Part shown: positions 19,114 to 27,970 of the stretch, in pieces
Layout of the letters: each line of letters starts with the position of its first letter
How positions within the stretch are numbered: the first letter of the stretch is position 1
Assembly (NCBI GenBank): GCA_035549395.1
Contig: DASZQY010000239.1
Span: forward strand, 1-30,831
Direction of reading: 5' to 3'
From: Bauldia sp.
Lineage (GTDB): Bacteria; Pseudomonadota; Alphaproteobacteria; Rhizobiales; Kaistiaceae
Length of the DNA: 30,831 nt
Program-made: the position numbers and the translations under genes
The notes under the pieces: model-generated
The model's database searches: none
Told to the model about the DNA's origin: nothing
The model's input: the letters and a program-made list of their open reading frames with translations, nothing else

Positions 19114-19196
19114 TTGAAACGTTATGAGAGATTGGGTGCCGAAATGACGCAAAAGCCAACAGGCACATTGACAAGTGTCGATTGAATCGAAATGAA
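19114..19196 (+). promoter_or_regulatory. Candidate promoter with paired LacI operators for the LacI-Pot operon
   Basis: TTGAAACGTTATG (19114-19126), perfect TTGACA (19168-19173), TCGATTGAATCGAAATGAA (19178-19196). Confidence 0.7.
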
Positions 19197-19202
19197 TTGA
19201 CG

Positions 19203-20222
19203 ATGGACGAGCGTACGCGACCTCCGATCCGGATCGCTGACGTGGCCGAGGCCGCTGGTGTCAGCATCGGCACCGTGTCGAACGTCCTCAACGGCAACCG
19301 GCCAGTCCGTCCGGAGACTGTGGCTGCCGTTGAAAAGGCTATGAGTCGGCTCGGCTATGTGCCGAACCACGCCGCCACCACGCTGCGCAAAGGCCGCTCG
19401 CAAATCATCGGGCTCGTAGTTCCCGACATTGCCAACCCCTACTTCGGCGAGGTTGCAAAGGGCGCGCAGGAGGCGGCGGAGCTCCACAGCCTCTCCGTAA
19501 TCGTCGCCAGCGCCGGGACTACCGCGAACGATGCCCGGCAGCTTTTGCTCCTGCGCAGCCGGGGCGTCGACGGCCTGCTCTACGCCGGCTCGGAGGCCCT
19601 TGGCGAAAACTCGCTGGCGGAGATTGCGCGCCATGTGCCGATGGTGCTTTCCGGCGCCGACAGCGAGAATCTCAAGGTCGATACCGTTGTCGCTCACGAT
19701 CAGCAGGGTGGTGCCAAGGTCGCGGCACACCTCGCCGGCCTCGGACATCGCAACGTGCTGGTGCTTGAAGGCAAGGTCGGAAGCTGGACAAGCGCCCGGC
19801 GCCTGCACGGCTTCCACCAGGCCTTTGATAAGGCCGGGACGCGCGTCGAGACGATGCGTGGCTATTTCCTGGTCGAAGCGGCGCGCGAAGCGCTCGCGGC
19901 CGATCTCGCCAAGGGGAAGCCCTGGTACACGGCAGTCTTCGCTACCAACGACCTGATGGCGGTGGGCGCCATCCAGGCGCTGTCCGCGGCGGGCTATCGC
20001 GTGCCTGAGGATATCTCCGTCGTCGGTTATGACGACGTGCTCATCGCAAGCATGCTGCGTCCGGCGCTCACAACGGTCGTTCAGCCCGCTCGCCAGCTCG
20101 GCAAGCTCGGCGCCGAGCGCCTCATTGCCCGCATCAAAGGGGATCGCGCATCCGGCCGGGTGCGCCTCGTCCTCGACGTGGATCTCGCGGTTCGTGCCAG
20201 CACGGCACCGCCGCGGAGGTGA
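19203..20222 (+). CDS. LacI-family regulator (Pot-like module)
   Basis: IRIADVAEAAGVSIGTVSNVLN, AATTLRKG, DISVVGYDD; ATG 19203 preferred over 19182, which lies inside the operator. Confidence 0.93.
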   Translation: MDERTRPPIRIADVAEAAGVSIGTVSNVLNGNRPVRPETVAAVEKAMSRLGYVPNHAATTLRKGRSQIIGLVVPDIANPYFGEVAKGAQEAAELHSLSVIVASAGTTANDARQLLLLRSRGVDGLLYAGSEALGENSLAEIARHVPMVLSGADSENLKVDTVVAHDQQGGAKVAAHLAGLGHRNVLVLEGKVGSWTSARRLHGFHQAFDKAGTRVETMRGYFLVEAAREALAADLAKGKPWYTAVFATNDLMAVGAIQALSAAGYRVPEDISVVGYDDVLIASMLRPALTTVVQPARQLGKLGAERLIARIKGDRASGRVRLVLDVDLAVRASTAPPRR

Positions 20223-20258
20223 AGCATGGTTCGTGACGTGAACTCAGGGGAGTACATC

Positions 20259-21344
20259 ATGCCAGCGTTATTGACTTCCAAGCGCATGCTTGCTGCCGGT
20301 GGCTTGGGTGCCGCCGTCATTCTCACTGCCGTCGTGGCAGTTGCCAGCCGCGGCGCCGATGCCGCGAACATCGGCGGCACGATCGTGGTCGCCTCCTACG
20401 GCGGCATCGACGATAAGAACCACAAGGACCTGTTCTTCGATCCGTTCACCAAGGCGACGGGTGTCCAGTTCCAGCTCGATCCGGTGGCCTACGATCAGGT
20501 CGCCAAGCTCCATGCCCAGGAAGCGGCGGGCAACGTCCAGTACAGCCTGGTCGAGCCGGCGCGCGCCGACGCTGCGGTGCTGGGCGAGCAGGGCCTGCTC
20601 GAGCCGTTGCCGCAGGACCTGGTCGACAAGGCGAACAAGGTGCTGGGCCCGGGCAAGCTGATCGGCAACTATGCGATCAGCCACGCCGTCTCGGCGTCGT
20701 CCTTCGTCTGTCTGGCCGATTTCAAGCCTTGCCCGACCAATGCCAAGGAATTCTTCGACACAACCAACTTCCCGGGCCGTCGCGGCATGTATGCCGATGG
20801 CTGGCTCGAGAACATCATCTACGCGTTGGAGGCCGATGGCGTCGACCCCAAAGCGCTCTTCCCGCTTGATCTCGACCGCGCCTTCAAGAAACTCGACGAA
20901 ATCAAGCCGCATATCAACGTCTTCTGGAAGACCGGCGACCAGGTCATGCAGATCGTGCGCGACAAGGAGGTCGACATGACCATCATGTGGGACGGCCGCG
21001 CCAACACACTGGCCGCAGACGGCACGCCGATTCAGCTTTCCGACGACGGCGCCATGATGGACTCACCGACGCTGGCGATTCCGAAGGGCGCGCCCAATAA
21101 AGATGCCGCGCTCGCGTTCATCAGTTGGTGGATTGACCAGGCGGAAGCGCAGGGTGAGTTCATGAACCGCGAGCACTACGGCGAACCCAATCCGGACGCG
21201 TTCAAGTATGTGAAGCCGGAAGTCGCCAACATGATCTCCACGGCGCCAGGAAACTTCGACAAGCTGGTGCAGCCCGACCTCAAGTGGGTCGAGGACCACC
21301 AGCAGGAAGCTGTGGCCCGTTGGACCGATTGGCTTCAGAACTAG
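20259..21344 (+). CDS. PotD/PotF-like extracellular solute-binding protein
   Basis: Signal segment, IVVASYGG, FFDPFTKATG, FPGRRGM, DLDRAFKKLDEIK, IMWDGR, IPKGAPN; GGGGAG 6 nt upstream of ATG 20259. Confidence 0.88.
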   Translation: MPALLTSKRMLAAGGLGAAVILTAVVAVASRGADAANIGGTIVVASYGGIDDKNHKDLFFDPFTKATGVQFQLDPVAYDQVAKLHAQEAAGNVQYSLVEPARADAAVLGEQGLLEPLPQDLVDKANKVLGPGKLIGNYAISHAVSASSFVCLADFKPCPTNAKEFFDTTNFPGRRGMYADGWLENIIYALEADGVDPKALFPLDLDRAFKKLDEIKPHINVFWKTGDQVMQIVRDKEVDMTIMWDGRANTLAADGTPIQLSDDGAMMDSPTLAIPKGAPNKDAALAFISWWIDQAEAQGEFMNREHYGEPNPDAFKYVKPEVANMISTAPGNFDKLVQPDLKWVEDHQQEAVARWTDWLQN

Positions 21345-21351
21345 CCATCAC

Positions 21352-21387
21352 GCGGGGATGTTCAGAACAGCGGGGATGTTCAGAAAA
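21352..21387 (+). repeat. 18-bp tandem duplication spanning the permease start
   Basis: GCGGGGATGTTCAGAACA / GCGGGGATGTTCAGAAAA; 16-bp identical cores at 21352-21367 and 21370-21385. Confidence 0.8.
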
Positions 21388-22248
21388 CACAGGGCATCGA
21401 GCTGGCAGGCCGAGCCCTCCCCAACGGCGGGGGCGCTCATGGTAGCGCCCCTTGCCATCCTTCTTCTGGCCCTGTTCCTGTGGCCGATGGTCCAGCTGGC
21501 CTGGATCGCGTTCGGCGCGGGTCATTTCACGCTCCAGAATTTCGTCGATTTCACGCGCAGCCGCGCATCGGTCAACGCGCTACTCACGACGTTGCGCATC
21601 AGCGCGATCGTCACCGCGCTGGCGCTTGTCCTTGGCGGCATCGTGGCGTGGGAGCTGTGCATGACCAAGGCGAGCTGGAAGCGCGTGCTGCTGTGGGCGG
21701 CGGTGCTCTGCCCGCTGTGGATGGGGGTGGTCATCAAGAACTACGCCTTCACGATCATCCTGCAGCGGCACGGCATCGCAAACGATCTCGTGCAGGCGCT
21801 CGGCCTCAGCGACCAGCCACTGGACCTGCTCTATAATTCACGCGCCGTGACGATAGGCATGCTCTATACGATGCTGCCGTTCGCGGTGTTTCCGCTCTAT
21901 TCGACCTTCGTCGGCATCGATCCGTCGCTGCCACTGGCTGCTGAAAGCCTCGGTGCGTCGCGGCCGATGGCCATCGCTTCGGTTTTCCTGCCGCTCGCGC
22001 TGCCCGGCTTCATGGCGGCCGGTGCGATCGTCTTCGTCGTTTCGGTCGGCTTCTATGTCACGCCGGTTCTGCTCGGCGGGCCGCAGGCGCCATTTCTTGC
22101 CAATCGCATCGATACCTACATCCACACCAACTTCAACGTGCCGGCCGCGGCCACTTCCAGCGTCGTGCTGCTGGGCGCCGCGATCGCGATCATTGCGCTG
22201 GCGTGGCGCATCGTCGGCTTTGAACGCATCAGGCGCGCGGCGGCATGA
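21358..22248 (+). CDS. PotB-like ABC permease
   Basis: LYTMLPFAVFPLY, AAESLGA, GFYVTPVLLGG; start at 21358 or 21376. Confidence 0.9.
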   Translation: MFRTAGMFRKHRASSWQAEPSPTAGALMVAPLAILLLALFLWPMVQLAWIAFGAGHFTLQNFVDFTRSRASVNALLTTLRISAIVTALALVLGGIVAWELCMTKASWKRVLLWAAVLCPLWMGVVIKNYAFTIILQRHGIANDLVQALGLSDQPLDLLYNSRAVTIGMLYTMLPFAVFPLYSTFVGIDPSLPLAAESLGASRPMAIASVFLPLALPGFMAAGAIVFVVSVGFYVTPVLLGGPQAPFLANRIDTYIHTNFNVPAAATSSVVLLGAAIAIIALAWRIVGFERIRRAAA

Positions 22249-23039
22249 ACGGGCGTGCACTTCTCAGGCGGCTTGCGGGGCTGCTTTACGGCGCGGTCCT
22301 GATCGCGATCTTTGCCTTCCTGACTGCCCCGGTGTTCGTCGTCACCACCATCTCGTTCTCGAACGAAAGCTTCATCAGCTTCCCGCCGGCGCGGTGGGGA
22401 TGGCGCGCCTACGAGCAGCTGCTCAAGGATGAGACGTGGCTGCAGCCGCTTCTGCGCTCGCTTGAGCTGGCCACCTCCGTCGGCGTGCTGTCCACGATCA
22501 TCGGGGTCATTGCGGTGCTTGGCATCCGGCGGACGCGTCTTCGCGGCGCGGCGCTGTGGGAATTTGTCGGCCTTGGCCCGCTGGTTGCGCCCGGCGTGGC
22601 CTATGCCGTGGCGCTCTACGCGTTCTATTCGTCGATCCATCTGCTCGGCACCTTCCTCGGTATCGTGCTGGCTCACACGGTGCTGGCGCTTCCTTTCGTC
22701 CTGCTCATCGTCGGCGCAGCGATGACGCGGGTGCCGCGCCAGCTTGAGCTTGCGGCCCAGAGTCTCGGCGCCGGCCGCATCGAGGCATGGCTGCAGATCA
22801 CTCTGCCGATGCTGGCGCCGGCGGTCATCGCCTCCTTCGTATTCTCGTTCATCACCTCGTTCGATGAGGCGGTTGTTGCGAACTTCGTGGGCGACATCGG
22901 CTTCGTAACCCTGCCGGTGCAGATGTTTGATTCCGTCCGCTTCGGCGTCGAGCCGGTGATCGCCGCGGTGTCGACCTCGCTTCTGGCATTCACCGCGCTG
23001 TTCGGATTGCTTTATGGCTACGCGAGGGGAAGAGCGTGA
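22245..23039 (+). CDS. PotC-like ABC permease
   Basis: ISFSNESFISFPP, LAHTVLALPFV, ELAAQSLGA, FITSFDE, TLPVQMF; ATGA overlap. Confidence 0.92.
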   Translation: MNGRALLRRLAGLLYGAVLIAIFAFLTAPVFVVTTISFSNESFISFPPARWGWRAYEQLLKDETWLQPLLRSLELATSVGVLSTIIGVIAVLGIRRTRLRGAALWEFVGLGPLVAPGVAYAVALYAFYSSIHLLGTFLGIVLAHTVLALPFVLLIVGAAMTRVPRQLELAAQSLGAGRIEAWLQITLPMLAPAVIASFVFSFITSFDEAVVANFVGDIGFVTLPVQMFDSVRFGVEPVIAAVSTSLLAFTALFGLLYGYARGRA

Positions 23040-24151
23040 CCGCGGTTCCGGCACTTGAGCTCGTCGGCGTCACCAAGCGCTATGGCGCAGCCACCGCGGT
23101 CGACAATCTCGACCTTCAGGTTGCACCGGGCGAGTTCCTGACGCTGCTTGGTCCAAGCGGCTCCGGCAAGACCACCATCCTGAAAATCATCGCCGGCTTC
23201 GAGCAGGCCGATCGCGGCGAGGCCCGCATCGATGGGCGCGACGTCTCCGTCCTTTCGCCCGGCGAGCGGCAGATTGGCGTCGTGTTCCAGCATTACGCGC
23301 TGTTCCCGCACATGACCGTTGCCGGTAACATCGCCTACCCGTTAAGGCGGCGTCGTTGGCCGCGGCCGCGGGTCGACGTGCGCGTTGCCGAGATGCTTCG
23401 TCTTGTCCGGCTGGAGGCTTTTGCCGACCGCTATCCGCGCCAGCTTTCCGGGGGCCAGCAACAGCGCGTGGCGCTGGCCCGTGCGCTCGCCTTCGGGCCG
23501 AAGCTCCTTCTGATGGACGAACCGCTCGGCGCGCTCGATCGCACGCTTCGCCTGGAGATGGAGGAGGAGATCAGGCGCATCCATCGCGAGGCCGGCGCGA
23601 GTGTCCTCTACGTCACCCACGACCAGGAAGAGGCGCTGACGTTGTCGGACCGCATCGCGGTCATGCGCAACGCGCGCATCCTCCAGGCGGGCCGTCCGCG
23701 GGACCTCTACGAACGGCCCAATGGCACTTTTGTCGCCCAGTTCTTTGGCGATTGTAACCTGCTGCCGGTCGAAGAGGTGCTGGGGCGCGCAGCGAACAGC
23801 GCGCGCGTCCGCGTCTTCGGGCAAGACGTTTCGATTCCCGCCAGCTGCAGCCCGGACAAGATCGGCGTCGCCAACGCCGCGGTTGTTGTGCGGCCGCAGC
23901 TGTTGTCGATCGGCGCCATACCGGCACAGGTCACCGTGCCCGCGGTCGTGCGCGAGCTGCTGTATCTTGGCAACGCCATCCGTCTTACCTGCGAGCTCGC
24001 TCAGGCGCGCACGTTGATTGCGTCGGTGCCGGCCCAGGGCGCGGGTGAGACAAAAGTCGGCGACACGATCACGTTGAGTTGGGACCCGGCGGCGGCGGTG
24101 CTGGTCCTCGCTGACGGCACGGCGACGACGGTCGACAAGGAGACGCCATGA
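23036..24151 (+). CDS. PotA-like ABC ATPase
   Basis: GPSGSGKTT, VFQHYALFPH, LSGGQQQRVALARAL, LLMDEPLGALD, YVTHDQEEAL; GTGA overlap. Confidence 0.94.
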   Translation: MTAVPALELVGVTKRYGAATAVDNLDLQVAPGEFLTLLGPSGSGKTTILKIIAGFEQADRGEARIDGRDVSVLSPGERQIGVVFQHYALFPHMTVAGNIAYPLRRRRWPRPRVDVRVAEMLRLVRLEAFADRYPRQLSGGQQQRVALARALAFGPKLLLMDEPLGALDRTLRLEMEEEIRRIHREAGASVLYVTHDQEEALTLSDRIAVMRNARILQAGRPRDLYERPNGTFVAQFFGDCNLLPVEEVLGRAANSARVRVFGQDVSIPASCSPDKIGVANAAVVVRPQLLSIGAIPAQVTVPAVVRELLYLGNAIRLTCELAQARTLIASVPAQGAGETKVGDTITLSWDPAAAVLVLADGTATTVDKETP

Positions 24152-25425
24152 CATCCGCACAGACGATCGCGGCTGACATCCGCGAGGCGCTGGCCGGCCA
24201 GCCGGTTATCGATACGCACGAACATACCCGCAGTGTTGTGGCGGGCGAGGTCAGGGGCATCGGCGACCTGATGGGGCGCGGGTACGTGCGCGCTTGCTTC
24301 CGGGTGGCGACGGGCGCGCCGAATAGCCTCGGCAAGGTGCTGGAGAGTGAGATGCCGGCAACCTGGGAGGAGGCTGCGCCGGTCCTTGACCAGATCCGCA
24401 CGAATTCGTTTTGGCACTGGTTCGAGCGCGGCGTGTGCGAACTGCACGGCCTCGGTCCGGATGCCCGCATCGACGCCGGTACGTGGGATGGGCTGACGGC
24501 TTCGATCGCGCGCGCCCACAACAGCCCGGGATGGCTCGCTTCCATGCTCGACACGGCCCACATCGAGAAGGTGCTCTGGGATCCGTACTGGGCCGTCGGC
24601 ACCCTTGCCATGCCGGAGCCGCGGTTCGTGCCGTCGCCGCGCGTCGACTCGGCGATGTCGGCTTTCCATCCGGGGGCGAGCGACTACGAGGGCAACAACC
24701 TCGCGCGCGATCGCGCTGCCGAATACGGCGTCGAGGTCGGCGATGTCGCGGGCCTTGAAGAACTGGTTGACCGCGTCTTGGAAGCCTCCGTCAGGATCGG
24801 CGCGAAGTCGCTCAAGCTGGCGCAGGCCTACCAACGCACGCTTCATCTGGGCGAGGCGACGCGCGAGCAGGCGCAAGTGGCTTTTGGAACCTCACCGGAC
24901 GAAATCAGCGCCACGGACCGGCTGGCATTCAGCGACTATATGCTGCGCTATCAGATCGAGCGCGCGATCGACCTTGGCCTTGTGCTTCAGATTCACACGG
25001 GCATGGCGCGACTTGCCGATTCCAACCCGCTGCTGCTTGAGCCGATGCTGCAGCAGTATCCGCGCCTCGAGGTCGATCTCTTCCACGGGGGCTATCCGTG
25101 GGTGCGCGAGTTCGGCGCCATCGCCCACGCCTATCCGAACGTCCGGCTCAACCTCGTCTGGTTGCCGCAACTGACCTACGACGGCGGGGTTTCGGCGTTG
25201 AAAGAGTGGATCCAGATCGTGCCCCAGATCAGCCGTCTCGCCTGGGGTGGGGATTGCCGCACACCCGAAGAGATGTACGGGGCACTGCTGGGCGGCAAGG
25301 CCACGATCGCTCGCGCTCTCGGCGAGCTTGTTGATGACGGCTATCTCAGGAGGAACGACGCGCTCCGCGTGGCACGATCGATCCTCTACGATGGCCCGCG
25401 GCAGACATACCACCTCGCCAACTAG
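24148..25425 (+). CDS. Amidohydrolase-superfamily protein (Amidohydro_2-like)
   Basis: IDTHEH (HxH), KSLK, QIHTG, FHGGYPW, WGGD; translationally coupled to the ATPase (ATGA). Confidence 0.85.
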   Translation: MTSAQTIAADIREALAGQPVIDTHEHTRSVVAGEVRGIGDLMGRGYVRACFRVATGAPNSLGKVLESEMPATWEEAAPVLDQIRTNSFWHWFERGVCELHGLGPDARIDAGTWDGLTASIARAHNSPGWLASMLDTAHIEKVLWDPYWAVGTLAMPEPRFVPSPRVDSAMSAFHPGASDYEGNNLARDRAAEYGVEVGDVAGLEELVDRVLEASVRIGAKSLKLAQAYQRTLHLGEATREQAQVAFGTSPDEISATDRLAFSDYMLRYQIERAIDLGLVLQIHTGMARLADSNPLLLEPMLQQYPRLEVDLFHGGYPWVREFGAIAHAYPNVRLNLVWLPQLTYDGGVSALKEWIQIVPQISRLAWGGDCRTPEEMYGALLGGKATIARALGELVDDGYLRRNDALRVARSILYDGPRQTYHLAN

Positions 25426-25501
25426 CGCCGGACGGCAGCCGCTCTCGCATGACGGCGATCGGATGCTACGGCAAGCAACGCCCCTGATAACGCGACAGCC
25501 T

Positions 25502-26377
25502 TCAGGGCTGGCGCGCATCCGACAGGATTGGCCCGCCCGCGCGCGGAGGCCGCGCCTCCAGAGGTTGCGAGGCGGGCTCCAGCGCGATGCCTGTCGCCTT
25601 GCTGAGCTCCGCCGCCAGGGCCGGAACGGCCGCGAGGACGGGGGCGCCCTTTTCCAGCCCGTCCTTGTCCAGATATGCGCCGACAATCCCCCCCGCCTCG
25701 CTGACGAGAAGGAGGCCGGCCAGGCAGTCCCAGGCGTTCATGTGCAGTTCCGCATACGCGTCGGAGCGGCCGTCGGCGACATATGCCAATCCGAGCGCAC
25801 CGGAGGCCGAGCGGCGCACGTTCGCACCGAGCGCGAGGATGCGCCCGAGCACAGTCAGATACGCCTCATTCGGCAGCCGGGTCGACCAACCGAGCTCGAC
25901 GCAGGCGGCGTCAAAGTTCGTCGTGGAAGCGACGTTGATCCGTCGGCCGTTCAAGGTTGAGCCCCGCCCGCGCCGCGCGAAGTGCAGCTCATCGGCGACG
26001 GGATTATACGTCGCGCCGAGCGCGATCTCGTCGTCGCAGACGAGGGCGATTGCGACACAGAAATGCGGCACGTGGCGCGCAAAATTCGCTGTCCCGTCGA
26101 TCGGATCGACGACCCAGGTGTGCGGCTTGATGTTGCCGCCGGTTTCCTCGCCGAGAAATCCGTCGTGCGGGAAAGCGTGTGTGATGCGCTCGCGGATGTG
26201 GCGCTCGACGGCGGCGTCGGTCTCGGTGAGGAAATTCTGCGGCCCCTTCATGTCGATGCTATCGGCCCGGCGCTCCTTGAAACCGCGCAGTGCGAGCGCG
26301 CCGGCGCTGAGGATGACCTGTCGGCAGAGCGCCTCGCGCTGGTCTAGTTCCGCTTCACTCAGCGACTGCGATGTCAT
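25502..26377 (-). CDS. Inositol monophosphatase-family (FIG superfamily) phosphatase
   Basis: FLTETD, GEE, WVVDPIDGTANF, WDCLAGLLLVSEAGG; AGGA upstream of the ATG. Confidence 0.92.
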   Translation of the reverse strand: MTSQSLSEAELDQREALCRQVILSAGALALRGFKERRADSIDMKGPQNFLTETDAAVERHIRERITHAFPHDGFLGEETGGNIKPHTWVVDPIDGTANFARHVPHFCVAIALVCDDEIALGATYNPVADELHFARRGRGSTLNGRRINVASTTNFDAACVELGWSTRLPNEAYLTVLGRILALGANVRRSASGALGLAYVADGRSDAYAELHMNAWDCLAGLLLVSEAGGIVGAYLDKDGLEKGAPVLAAVPALAAELSKATGIALEPASQPLEARPPRAGGPILSDARQP

Positions 26378-26500
26378 TCTGATCCTGCATGTTGAACTGG
26401 GAGGCCAGCCGGCGGCGCGGCAGATGTGGAACGGGTGCCCGCTTGCCGCTGACGAATATCGGCTCCCATTGCCTTTGCGGGCCCCGTGGCGGCTGCGCCA

Positions 26501-26539
26501 TAAAAGGAGGCGGAACGGGAATGAATCCCGCTCCGCCCC
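26501..26539 (-). terminator. Intrinsic-terminator-like hairpin upstream of the IMPase gene
   Basis: Minus-strand RNA GGGGCGGAGCGGGA-UUCAU-UCCCGUUCCGCCUC forms an uninterrupted 14-bp stem (two G-U pairs) followed by CUUUUA; on the plus strand those two positions are mismatches. Confidence 0.65.
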
Positions 26540-26580
26540 TAGGCTTCGGGAGTATCAAACGCGAGCGTTGAGCCTGATTA

Positions 26581-26594
26581 TGCACAGCAGTGCA
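26581..26594. promoter_or_regulatory. Candidate LacI operator TGCACAGCAGTGCA
   Basis: 11/14 match to the ideal palindrome TGCACACGTGTGCA shared with three other sites in this module. Confidence 0.5.
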
Positions 26595-26652
26595 ATACCA
26601 CAACCGGAGGGGAACTAAAGGGAATTTGCAGGCATCTGAAATATCGGTGGAC

Positions 26653-26680
26653 ATGATATGTGCGCGTGTGCATCGGTCAG
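26653..26680 (-). promoter_or_regulatory. Candidate sigma70 promoter CTGACC-N16-TATCAT with an operator in the spacer
   Basis: -35 at 26675-26680, -10 at 26653-26658; TGCACACGCGCACA (26659-26672) fills the spacer. Confidence 0.5.
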
Positions 26681-26782
26681 CGTGCCCGCCATGCGATTTG
26701 CAGAAGCGCACGGCAATCGGCTAAGTGCCACGCGCGATCCGGTGTTCGTCTGAACGCTGGTCGTCGGCTTGGGCGGAACAGA

Positions 26783-27805
26783 ATGGCGTCGCGATCACGC
26801 AATCAGGGCAAGTCCTTCACCAGCGCGCGTGAGGTTGCGGAACGAGCCGGGGTGTCGCGCTCGGCCGTCTCGCGAACCTTCACGGACGGGGCCAGCGTTT
26901 CGGCAGCGACCCGCCACAAGGTCCTCACGGCGGCCGAGGAGCTCGGCTACCACGTCAATCATCTGGCCCGCGGCCTGATCAGGGAAAGCAGCGGGATCGT
27001 CTGCCTGATCGTGGCGGACGCGAACACGCCGAACCACGCCAAGATGCTGGAGACACTGACGCGCCATCTCCAGGCCGTGAACAAGGTCGCGATGGTGATC
27101 AACACGGCTGGCGATCATGAGCGGGTCGAACGCGCCGTCCGGCAGACGCTGCACTACCGTGCCGACGCCACCGTCGTTCTTTCCGGAACGCCGCCGGCGT
27201 CGCTGATCGACACCTGCATCAACAATGGCCAGCGCGTCATTCTGATCAATCGCGACGAGTACAAGAAGGGTCCCGCGATTGTCATGGTTGATAACCAGCG
27301 CGCGGCACGCGAGGCTTTCCTTATGTTTCGGCGGGCGGGCTGCGAGAAGTTCGCGGTGGTGTCCTCCAGCGCGGGGACGCCCAGCCTCACGGGCCGTGAG
27401 ACGGCGTTCGTCGCCGCGGCGAAAGAGGCCGGCTTCGACGTCAGCGTGGTCCGGCACGGTCCCACCGCTTACGTTTCGGGCAGCGAGGCCGCGCATATGC
27501 TTCTCAGCCGCGCCGAACGGCCGACGGCGGTTTTTTGCGTGACGGATCTGCTCGCGCTCGGCTTCATGGACGCCGCGCGCCATACCTTCGCACTCGACAT
27601 ACCCAACGAGCTTTGCGTCGTCGGCTTCGACGATATTCCCGAAGCCGGCTGGGATTCGTATCGGCTGACGACTTTCCGTCAGCCGGTCGAGGAGATCGCC
27701 GAGTGGGTGGTGGGGGCGATCGACGGCAAGCAGCAGGGTGCTGCCGCGCAATCGACCGTCCTCAGTGCCGAGCCGGTGTGGCGCCAATCGGTTCGCCCGC
27801 GCTAG
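26783..27805 (+). CDS. LacI-family regulator (IMPase module)
   Basis: SAREVAERAGVSRSAVSRTFT helix-turn-helix, LARGL hinge, LCVVGFDD; 340 aa from ATG 26783. Confidence 0.93.
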   Translation: MASRSRNQGKSFTSAREVAERAGVSRSAVSRTFTDGASVSAATRHKVLTAAEELGYHVNHLARGLIRESSGIVCLIVADANTPNHAKMLETLTRHLQAVNKVAMVINTAGDHERVERAVRQTLHYRADATVVLSGTPPASLIDTCINNGQRVILINRDEYKKGPAIVMVDNQRAAREAFLMFRRAGCEKFAVVSSSAGTPSLTGRETAFVAAAKEAGFDVSVVRHGPTAYVSGSEAAHMLLSRAERPTAVFCVTDLLALGFMDAARHTFALDIPNELCVVGFDDIPEAGWDSYRLTTFRQPVEEIAEWVVGAIDGKQQGAAAQSTVLSAEPVWRQSVRPR

Positions 27806-27970
27806 CGTCCGGCGAACGACCGGTCCGGTTCATCTGCGCGACACAAACGGCGTCTATCACTGCCGTTGCGGTGCGTGGTGGCAGATAGGCTGGCCGCGCA
27901 CCTCCACTCACCGCTGCAGGAGGTTTCCGATGCCCGCCAAGCCGAAGGACGGCGATTTTGCTTTCGCCGA

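Noticed and set aside
26521-26571. 16-codon plus-strand mini-ORF with AGGAGG in the hairpin (type I toxin-like layout)
   Set aside because: The peptide MNPAPPLGFGSIKRER is not hydrophobic, SD spacing is long (10 nt), and the hairpin is better explained as a minus-strand terminator.
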